In this document: piece after piece, positions 19,498 through 27,044 of the stretch
Layout: each line of letters begins with the position of its first letter
How positions within the stretch are numbered: the stretch's first letter is position 1
Assembly (NCBI GenBank): GCA_965224705.1
Contig: OZ245056.1
Coordinates: 1,408,001-1,472,000, forward strand
DNA: 64,000 nucleotides
Source of the DNA: Spirochaetaceae bacterium
GTDB taxonomy: Bacteria > Spirochaetota > Spirochaetia > DSM-2461
Direction of reading: 5' to 3'
Notes under the pieces: generated by a model
Seen by the model: the letters and a program-made list of their open reading frames with translations, nothing else
What the model was told of the DNA's origin: nothing
Database searches by the model: none
Made by a program: the position numbers and the translations under genes

Positions 19498-20417
19498 TGC
19501 CGGTTATATCTGGAGAATTACAGTACAGCCCCAGAGAGAAGAATGCCCTAAGCTCTTTTGCCGATCAGGTTGAAATTCGCTGTCTGTGCGAGCAACAAAT
19601 CTCGGCACAGGATATTTTGTCAGAGCTTGGCATGGTCGAAGAATGTGAAACGGATGAAGATGAAATCGGCCGTGAGGGTTTTATAGACGACCTTATTGAA
19701 GAAATCAAGAATAGAGAAAAGTGGTGCTCCGGGAATTATCCTTTTGACATTGATGGTTCACCGCCAGTCATGATTCTCCGCAGAGATGATTCTCCAGTAA
19801 TCGAATTGTATAAATTTTTACTCTATGCGGCCAATGGAGACATGAAGGAAAACTGTACTAACAATGATGTGAACGCAACCTTGCTTTTTGAAGAGCTATC
19901 GGAAATCACAGTAAAAATCTACCTGGGGGAAAGGGCCGAAACCTTTCTGTTTGGTACGGCAAATAAAGACTTCAAAAATTTCCAACAGCGGATTACAGAG
20001 TTAATACGAAGAATGAATGAGGGCAAGGGGTTTAAGGAGCAGCCAAAAGAAAACTATGACTATAACAAAGATGACGGATTGGATGTTGCCGCCTGGATAC
20101 CATTTGGCGATGGATACCCGGGACAGCTGATAGCCTTTGGGCAATGCAAAACCGGTACAAGCAGGGATAAGAATACCCTGACTAATTTACAGCCGGATAG
20201 TTTTTGTGCAAGATGGTTCCAGGAACAACCGGTATGTACCCCCGTTCGGCTCTTTTTTCTCAGCGAAGGTTTAGACCGCCGGAATTGGTACAACACATCC
20301 ACTCGTGCCGGAATAATCTTCGACCGTTTCAGGATTATGGCGTTGATGAACAAGTCATTGACCAAAGATATTCATAACAGAATAAGTGCATGGCTGAAGG
20401 GGTGGAGCGTAGAATAA
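19497..20417 (+). CDS. Hypothetical protein, putative restriction-endonuclease fold
   Basis: LFEELS...KDDGLDVAAW...IAFGQCKTG fits an E...D...QxK Mrr-like variant of PD-(D/E)xK; TGATG coupling to the ParB-like gene. Confidence 0.65.
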   Translation: MPVISGELQYSPREKNALSSFADQVEIRCLCEQQISAQDILSELGMVEECETDEDEIGREGFIDDLIEEIKNREKWCSGNYPFDIDGSPPVMILRRDDSPVIELYKFLLYAANGDMKENCTNNDVNATLLFEELSEITVKIYLGERAETFLFGTANKDFKNFQQRITELIRRMNEGKGFKEQPKENYDYNKDDGLDVAAWIPFGDGYPGQLIAFGQCKTGTSRDKNTLTNLQPDSFCARWFQEQPVCTPVRLFFLSEGLDRRNWYNTSTRAGIIFDRFRIMALMNKSLTKDIHNRISAWLKGWSVE

Positions 20418-20589
20418 ACGCCGCGTTTTTTGTTCCCGGTTTTGGTAAACCTTATCGGCATGAACGGAAGCCACCATTCAGGCTCAGTGACAACCTGGCC
20501 CCAAACCTTACCTCTTGCCAGTCTTCCCCTGACCATCTCTCTCACATGTGGCTGTGAGACACTGACAATCCGATCTTTGACCTGTCTCT

Positions 20590-20748
20590 TATTTTTCGCG
20601 CCCTGTTCCAGAAGTCGTTTTTTCAGACCGAAATCTGGTTGGAATAAACCTGAAACTAAAGTAGATATCTCGCTGATCTGACGGTTCCCCTTGATTGCCT
20701 CAAGAGCCACTTTGAACTTGAAGACTTTCGTTCGTCGGATTTTTTCAT
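20590..20748 (-). pseudogene. IS3-family transposase OrfA remnant
   Basis: AGGAGG + ATG at 20748, then frameshifted FKFKVALEAIKGNRQISEIS...KKRLLEQGA. Confidence 0.6.
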
Positions 20749-20969
20749 GACGAACCTCCTTTTTAAGGGGATCCACCTTACCCAAAAAAGAACAAACAAT
20801 CATGACAAGTTCTAAAAGAAAAATGCGGTTTTTAACGGTGCCCAAAGCCACACCCCGTTACCGGACGGTCCGTATCCGTCCGGCGTTGCACTCCAGACCC
20901 GTCAGTTGCTCAACAGAGTGCCGTACTGGTAGTATTGTAAAGGGGTAGCCTATAACGTCAAAGAGATAC

Positions 20970-20998
20970 TTGACAGGACTGTTTTTATGCGATAATTT
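20970..20998 (+). promoter_or_regulatory. Possible promoter of the glutathione peroxidase gene
   Basis: TTGACA followed by GATAAT/TAATTT at 15-17 bp spacing. Confidence 0.45.
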
Positions 20999-21075
20999 TT
21001 ATCAGATGGAATCGGATATGGCCGACATCCCCAGAGGGATTTCTGGGTATAAATCTGGGCGTTACCCCGGACGCA

Positions 21076-21135
21076 GGGCTGTGTCAGGAGGAAGGATTTG
21101 GTACGCAGACAGAGGGCAGCCCTCCGCCAATGCGC
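21076..21135. repeat. Partial copy of MITE-like family M2
   Basis: ggctgtgtcaggaggaaggatttggt matches the reverse complement of the right end of the 34495-34629 element. Confidence 0.6.
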
Positions 21136-21194
21136 TGCTGCTGGATGGATCGAGGCATCCAGCAGGTACGCCAAAAAACAAAAGGAGGAGTTAC

Positions 21195-21737
21195 ATGAAA
21201 CTAATTCTGACATTCCTGGCAATGCTGTTACCCATCGCGGCACTGCAAGCCAGGAGTTTCTATGATCTGGAAGCCATCAAAATCGATGGTTCCAAACTTG
21301 AATTTCAATCCTTAAGGGGAAAAAAGGTGCTTATCGTCAATACCGCCTCCCGGTGCGGGTTTACGCCCCAATACGCCCAACTTCAGGAGCTTTACGAAAC
21401 CTACGCCGAAAAAGGTCTGGTTATCCTGGGATTTCCCTCCAACAACTTTCTGGGACAGGAACCCGGAACCAATCAGGAAATTCAGCAGTTTTGCGACAAG
21501 AACTATGGGGTTAGCTTCACCATGATGGAAAAGATTAACGTGAAAAAAAACGCCAGGCAGCATCCCGTCTATCAGTGGCTCACACGCAAAGATCAAAATA
21601 GTTTTTCTGACAATAAGGTCAAATGGAACTTTCAAAAGTATCTTATAGATGAGAAGGGTCAGCTGGTGAAGGTCATCTCCCCCCGGACTAAGCCAATGGA
21701 TTCGTCCATCGTCGAATGGATTATTTCAGGGAGCTGA
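21195..21737 (+). CDS. Glutathione peroxidase family protein with signal peptide
   Basis: AGGAGG RBS; VNTASRCGFTPQY, LGFPSNNFLGQEPG, KWNFQKYLID. Confidence 0.93.
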   Translation: MKLILTFLAMLLPIAALQARSFYDLEAIKIDGSKLEFQSLRGKKVLIVNTASRCGFTPQYAQLQELYETYAEKGLVILGFPSNNFLGQEPGTNQEIQQFCDKNYGVSFTMMEKINVKKNARQHPVYQWLTRKDQNSFSDNKVKWNFQKYLIDEKGQLVKVISPRTKPMDSSIVEWIISGS

Positions 21738-21786
21738 ACCCCTCACCTCCGTGTCCTCGTATAGAATTAGATGCAATTGCCCTGGA

Positions 21787-22689
21787 TCAAATGGCGTTGT
21801 CTTCCCGATATTTTTGATATTCTTCAGCAGAAATAACCCCATCCCTATATGCATCGTACATGAAACCGCCCATGCCCGCGACAACACCGGCAACGGTTCC
21901 CAGGGTTTCTTCATCGGAGGCAAATTCCCATGCCTGATGCGCCTTTTCGCCGACATAAACAGCGACTTCCGGTCCATACTCATGGTAGATTTCCTCTATT
22001 TCCCGAGCGGCGTGTTCACCGTGTTCCTTTGCCGCCAACTTAACATGGTAAAACGCCTCGGCCGCGATGGGACCGTATTCCTGGTAAATCTCCTGTATCT
22101 TGCGGCTGGCATTCTCATCGAGCCAGGTATAGCAATCGGATATGAGGGCGCCAGCCTCTGGCCCGTATTCATCGGCAAATGCGATAATGCGGTCTGCCGC
22201 CTCAGGGCCATAAGTCACAAGCGCATTGGCGATTCCCCGACCTATTTTTTCCCCGTATTCGTAGATATAGTCCCGGACAATTTTGTAAGTTTTGGGGCCA
22301 TATTCCTCGATGATCTGCCACATCATCAGTCCGGTGGGTTCGCCGTATTGATGGTAGAATTTGACCAGTTCATCGCCTATCTGCGGGCCGTATGTTTCAT
22401 AGCAATCCACAATCCTGTCGGCGGTCTCCGGCCCCCATACCTCATACATGTAGCGGATGCCCTCCAACACATCATCGCCATACTCCTCAACGAGATAGGA
22501 ATAGCCCTCGGCAACAGAATTCCAGCCCCTGGAAAGATGATCCCCAACCGTCTCCGCGGTCTTCTTCATGAATCGTTTCGTCCATGAGAATGCCTTTTCC
22601 GCGGAATCATCGAATGAATCCCGATCGAACGCATCCGTTGGCAGTAACACGCCGACGAACATGCACAACGCAATACATGCGGTTTTCAT
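21787..22689 (-). CDS. Secreted hypothetical protein with ~11 tandem 15-aa YG(P/E) repeats
   Basis: AGGAG RBS, hydrophobic signal peptide, YG/WG/HG recurring every 15 residues. Confidence 0.75.
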   Translation of the reverse strand: MKTACIALCMFVGVLLPTDAFDRDSFDDSAEKAFSWTKRFMKKTAETVGDHLSRGWNSVAEGYSYLVEEYGDDVLEGIRYMYEVWGPETADRIVDCYETYGPQIGDELVKFYHQYGEPTGLMMWQIIEEYGPKTYKIVRDYIYEYGEKIGRGIANALVTYGPEAADRIIAFADEYGPEAGALISDCYTWLDENASRKIQEIYQEYGPIAAEAFYHVKLAAKEHGEHAAREIEEIYHEYGPEVAVYVGEKAHQAWEFASDEETLGTVAGVVAGMGGFMYDAYRDGVISAEEYQKYREDNAI

Positions 22690-22735
22690 TTAATCACTCC
22701 TCTACCAGCGATTGCCGGTGTTGTTCTGGGCGTTT

Positions 22736-22957
22736 TTAGGAACTGTCGTCCTTCTTTCTCCTCAATTTGCCTGACACCGCACTCAGGCCGAATCTAACTG
22801 CTTTGTCAGGCGATCCTCTTCTATCGACTACGCTTCTAGTGGTTTTACTCTGGCCCGCCATAAGTTCTTCAACCATTGCATCAATATCGTGATTATGTCT
22901 ATCAGAAAATTTCTTCCTATTTTCCCAGACTTCCCAAATTATTTCATCCTGATACAT
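22736..22957 (-). CDS. Small hypothetical protein
   Basis: MYQDEIIWEVWENRKKFSDRHNHDIDAMVEELM; starts 1 nt after the stop of the upstream gene. Confidence 0.55.
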   Translation of the reverse strand: MYQDEIIWEVWENRKKFSDRHNHDIDAMVEELMAGQSKTTRSVVDRRGSPDKAVRFGLSAVSGKLRRKKDDSS

Positions 22958-22958
22958 C

Positions 22959-25898
22959 TTACCGCAGATCCAACCCCCCATTGCCCGCCAGAGTGGGGTC
23001 CTGGTATCGGGACGGACCCATATTGCGGGTGGCCGTGCTCACCTCCTGTTTGACCCGGTAGTAGAGATCGCTGCCGGTTTTTGGGGTGCGTTCGGCCATG
23101 GCCTTGATGAGGTAGTAGGTGAACAGGCGGTGGCCCTTTTCGCGGTAGACGTTGGAGAACTGCCGGTCGGTCCCGGCGGCCATGGCCATTATCTTGCCCT
23201 GGGAAGACAGGGTAATCTTTTTTGGGGACAAGAGGCTGGCGGCCACGCTTTTGAAGACCGGTACGCCGTCGGCCTTGCCGGTGAAGCAGCTATCGAAGAA
23301 CATCACCACTTTGCCCGCTTTGGAGTTTTCGAATATGCGGTAGAGGTTTTGCACCTGAAAGAAGGGTTCTCTGGCAACGTAGTCGGGCATCATGTCGGTG
23401 GGAAGGATGTAGGGGATGCTGCCCTGCTCAATGGCGGGGATGCCGTGGCCGTTGTAGTAGAAGTACACCGTGTCGCCGGACTGTATGCCCTGCTCCAGAA
23501 AGTGCTGGAGGCTGGTTTTCAGGTTGCCGCTGGTGGCCTCCTGGTCGTAGAGGGCGCGGATGTGACCTTTGGGGATGCCCTGAGTAAGCTGGATGGCTTT
23601 GGCAAAGAGTTCGGCGCTGCGGCGGGCATAAAGGATGTTGTCGGTGTTTTTGTACTCTTCGGCACCGACGATGAAGGCCCATTTGCTGTTGTCCAGGGGG
23701 GCCGGGCGCAGGCCTTCCACCAATGGGGTCAGATCGTCCTGGAAGTCGATGAAGCTGGTGGTGCCGTCCTTGTAGGTTATGCTGCCCACGGCGTTTCTGT
23801 CCACCAGGTCGGAGTTTTGCAGGGCAATCTGGGAGAGGTCAACAAGCGCATCATCGGTGCCGATAACGGCGGTGTTGCGGCTTTGTGCCACCGTTGCCCC
23901 CTGGCCGGGCTTGAGGGTGTGCTCCGTGCCGCCGAAGGCCAGCCTGGCCCCGGCTATGCCGAAGCCGCCGTCGCGGTTGGCGAAGGCGTAGGGGACGGCA
24001 CTGAGGGAGGAGGCATCGCTGAGGGCCTGTTTACGCAGGTCCAGGCTGGGATTGGGCAGGACAAAGTCGCCCAGGGGAACGCTGTTCTTTTGGGGCAGAA
24101 CGATGCTGAGGTAGAGGCCCTTGTTTGTTTGATCCAGCTTGGCCGAGGTCACTCTGGCATGGGTGAAGAGCTGGTTGGCGGCGGCCATGGTCAGGTCCAT
24201 GCGCGCCTGCTCCATGCGGGACTTGCGGTCGGCCTGAAGCTTTTGTATCTGCCGCACGATGCGGTTGCGGGCCTCCACCTGCTGGCGGTAGCTGTCTTCA
24301 ATCTGGTCAATCTCGCCCTGGCGCCGGTTTTTGGCAGCCTGCACCCGCCTGTCGAATTCGTCGTCAAATTCCCACTGCTCCTGGGTAAGATGGATGGGGG
24401 CGGGGAGGACGGGCTGGGGCACCATTTCGGGGATGTCCTGGTCGTCCAGATTGAGCCAGGGGGAGATGCGGCTCTGCACCAGACGGTCAAGGGCCTGGGG
24501 CCAGGGGGACGGGGAGTTCAGGATGGCCTTGATATCATCGGGGGCAATGGCCAGGTTGAAGTCGGCATTGAGCCTGGCGGCTTCCAGGCCGTGTTCCTTG
24601 TAGTACGCCAGGGCTTCCGGGCCGTGCTGCGTAAAGAGTTCCCAGGCGGGGGCGAGGGGGGTGGCCCGTATCTCTCTGGTGAATGCTTCTTCGCTTATGC
24701 GGTATTCCGGGGTGTCGAGGGACTCCTGATAGATGTAAGCCATATCCCTACGCCACAGCTTGACGGCACCACCATCACTGCCTGATGCCAGTATGCTCCC
24801 ATCAGGGCTGAAGGTCACGGAGTTTACATCAAGAGCATGTCCCCTAAGAGTTCGGATCTCCCGGCCATCGGAGACCCGCCACAGCTTGACGGTGTCATCA
24901 TAACTGCCGGATGCCAGCATGCTCCCATCGGGACTGAAAGTTACGGAGTTTACCCTATCATCATGCCCCTTTAGGGTTCGGATCTCCCGACCATCGGAAA
25001 CCTGCCACAGTTTGACAGTGTCATCACTACTGTCGGATGTAAGTGCGCTCCCACTGCCGGATGCCAGCATACTCCCATCAGGACTGAAGGTCACGGATTT
25101 TACAGTGTCATCATGTCCCTTTAAAGTGCGGATCTCCCGGCCATCGGAAACCCGCCACAACTTGAGAGTTTCATCCAGACTGCCGGATGCCAGCATGCTC
25201 CCATCGGGGCTGAAGGTTACGGAGTATACAGAGTAATCATGCCCCTTTAAAGTGCGGATCTCCTGGCCATCGGAGACCCGCCACAGCTTGATTGTGTTAT
25301 CCGTACTGCCGGATGCCAGCATACTCCCATCGGGGCTGAAGGACACGGTCCATACATGGTCACTATGCCCCCTAAGGGTTCGGATCTCCCGGCCATCAGA
25401 GACCCGCCACAACTTGACTGTGTCATCCCCACTGCCGGATGCCAGCATGCTCCCATCGGGGTTGAAGGACGTAGAGCTTACCCAGTTATCATGCCCCCTA
25501 AGGGTTCGGATCTCCCGGCCATCGGAGATCCGCCACAGCGTGATGGTGCCATCATCACTGCCACTGCCGGATACCAACATGCTCCCATCGTGGCTGAAGG
25601 ACACGGAGCTTACACTGTACGCATGTTTCCTAAGGGTGTGAATGTTTGTCATGTTGTTAGAGACGATTTCCGGCTTTAATTCCATGATCTGGGCAAATTC
25701 AGCGATTAGATCAATGCCGACCATCGTCTTATTGGGCTGGGACGATTCTGCTTTTTGCTCGTTGGTGGCCATCGTTTTATTAAGTTGAGACGATTCTGCT
25801 TTTTGCTCGTTGGTGGCTGTCATCTCGTCCGTTTTGTCTGTGCTGGCACAGCCAGCGATAATCAGGGCCGCAAAGGCAATTAGGCCGGCTTTTTTCAT
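22959..25898 (-). CDS. Lipoprotein: 7-blade WD40 propeller, helical linker, caspase-like (C14) peptidase
   Basis: Lipobox LIIAGC; seven GH...V.SV.FSPDGSMLASGS.D.TVKLW repeats; His-Cys dyad YYNGHG / FDSCFTG; HRLFTYYLIKAM. Confidence 0.88.
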   Translation of the reverse strand: MKKAGLIAFAALIIAGCASTDKTDEMTATNEQKAESSQLNKTMATNEQKAESSQPNKTMVGIDLIAEFAQIMELKPEIVSNNMTNIHTLRKHAYSVSSVSFSHDGSMLVSGSGSDDGTITLWRISDGREIRTLRGHDNWVSSTSFNPDGSMLASGSGDDTVKLWRVSDGREIRTLRGHSDHVWTVSFSPDGSMLASGSTDNTIKLWRVSDGQEIRTLKGHDYSVYSVTFSPDGSMLASGSLDETLKLWRVSDGREIRTLKGHDDTVKSVTFSPDGSMLASGSGSALTSDSSDDTVKLWQVSDGREIRTLKGHDDRVNSVTFSPDGSMLASGSYDDTVKLWRVSDGREIRTLRGHALDVNSVTFSPDGSILASGSDGGAVKLWRRDMAYIYQESLDTPEYRISEEAFTREIRATPLAPAWELFTQHGPEALAYYKEHGLEAARLNADFNLAIAPDDIKAILNSPSPWPQALDRLVQSRISPWLNLDDQDIPEMVPQPVLPAPIHLTQEQWEFDDEFDRRVQAAKNRRQGEIDQIEDSYRQQVEARNRIVRQIQKLQADRKSRMEQARMDLTMAAANQLFTHARVTSAKLDQTNKGLYLSIVLPQKNSVPLGDFVLPNPSLDLRKQALSDASSLSAVPYAFANRDGGFGIAGARLAFGGTEHTLKPGQGATVAQSRNTAVIGTDDALVDLSQIALQNSDLVDRNAVGSITYKDGTTSFIDFQDDLTPLVEGLRPAPLDNSKWAFIVGAEEYKNTDNILYARRSAELFAKAIQLTQGIPKGHIRALYDQEATSGNLKTSLQHFLEQGIQSGDTVYFYYNGHGIPAIEQGSIPYILPTDMMPDYVAREPFFQVQNLYRIFENSKAGKVVMFFDSCFTGKADGVPVFKSVAASLLSPKKITLSSQGKIMAMAAGTDRQFSNVYREKGHRLFTYYLIKAMAERTPKTGSDLYYRVKQEVSTATRNMGPSRYQDPTLAGNGGLDLR
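24755..25640. repeat. Highly similar ~126-nt WD40-coding tandem repeats
   Basis: ctgccggatgccagcatgctcccatc and ggatctcccggccatcggagacccgccaca recur with ~126-nt period; boundaries approximate. Confidence 0.88.
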
Positions 25899-25974
25899 GG
25901 CTTCCACCTTGTCTTCATAATTGACTTCAACTTAACGTAGACTGGACTGTTTGTCCAGTCAGGGCAATCGCATA

Positions 25975-26060
25975 TAGAAATCCCCTATCGACCATCACGA
26001 AAAAGAATACCATCCCCCCCACAAGCTGTAAAAAACCAGTAAAATGATGAAAAAACAGTA
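25975..26060. repeat. Degenerate ~85-bp poly-C-containing element, copy 2
   Basis: tagaaatcccc...gaataccatccccccc acaagctgtaaaaaaccagtaaaatgatgaaaaaacagta. Confidence 0.55.
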
Positions 26061-26186
26061 GTTTTCAAGGATGCGCAAAAGAGGAATTTCTAAACGCAGA
26101 AAGATGAGATTGATCCGCAATGAAAAAACTGCTATACTGTTCTTCTGAACCTTTCAGACAGAATTCTCATGTAGTGGAAACGGCTT

Positions 26187-26822
26187 ATGAAAAGAATAGT
26201 AAAATTGTTGATCGCCCTGACAATGATTCTCCTGATATCGTGTCAGGAGAAAAAAGAGGAAAAAATAAGCGAAATACCACCGGTAGAAGTGGCACCGGAA
26301 CAGTCCGTAGTGGAAACTGCTCCCCCCCTTCCCGAAGAGTCTCCCTCTTCATCATCCGATGTGCAGAAAGAAGAGGATGTTCCCGCAGCGGATATCCAGC
26401 AGAAATCGGCTCATTCAGAAACCATCGTCGATATGGGATCTCAAAAGGAAGCCGATCAGGAGAAGGAAGAAGAAAAAACAACCGAAATACAACCGGTAGA
26501 AGCGGCACCGGAACAGCCAGTAGTAGAAGCTGTTCCCTCTTCATCATCGGATGTGCAGAAAGAAGAGGATGTTCCCGCAGCGGATATCCAGCAAAAATCG
26601 GCTCATCCGGAAGCCATCATTGATATGGGGTCTCAAAAGGAAGCCGATGATGCAATAGAGGAGGCTCGAAAAACAGCGGAGAAAATCCTTGACGAAACAA
26701 AAGAAGCGGCAAGCCAGGCCGCCGAACAACTGATGGAGCAGGCGGCAGAAGGTCAATCCCTGATGGAACAGGCACAACAGAATCGCCCTCCCGGCTTAGA
26801 AAAGTTCTTAACGAGCCCCTGA
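26187..26822 (+). CDS. Acidic low-complexity lipoprotein with internal duplication
   Basis: Lipobox LLISC; duplicated segment 26271-26456 / 26484-26648 (SSSSDVQKEEDVPAADIQQKSAH). Confidence 0.8.
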   Translation: MKRIVKLLIALTMILLISCQEKKEEKISEIPPVEVAPEQSVVETAPPLPEESPSSSSDVQKEEDVPAADIQQKSAHSETIVDMGSQKEADQEKEEEKTTEIQPVEAAPEQPVVEAVPSSSSDVQKEEDVPAADIQQKSAHPEAIIDMGSQKEADDAIEEARKTAEKILDETKEAASQAAEQLMEQAAEGQSLMEQAQQNRPPGLEKFLTSP

Positions 26823-27044
26823 TTATTTCTCCTGCGGTGGAGGAAAGGGAAAATTCCACCAGACTGATTCAGCAAGACAGTACTTGATACCTTTTCACTC
26901 AATACTCCCTTCCTGAAATTATCAGTTTTGTGCAGCGAAGACAAAGTATATGCAGACTTTCCCTGGCTGCTTGATTGACAACCTTTATCACATAAACTAG
27001 TTTTGAGTGATATACTATGTAAGGATAAGGATGCGATAGAAACG

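Noticed and set aside
20970..21194. 75-aa N-terminal extension of glutathione peroxidase, or a cobalamin riboswitch in the leader
   Set aside because: Strong RBS and signal peptide at ATG 21195; the leader contains an M2 repeat fragment and no recognisable B12-box
23130..24785. 551-aa plus-strand ORF
   Set aside because: Antisense shadow of the GC-rich WD40-caspase gene; no motifs or RBS
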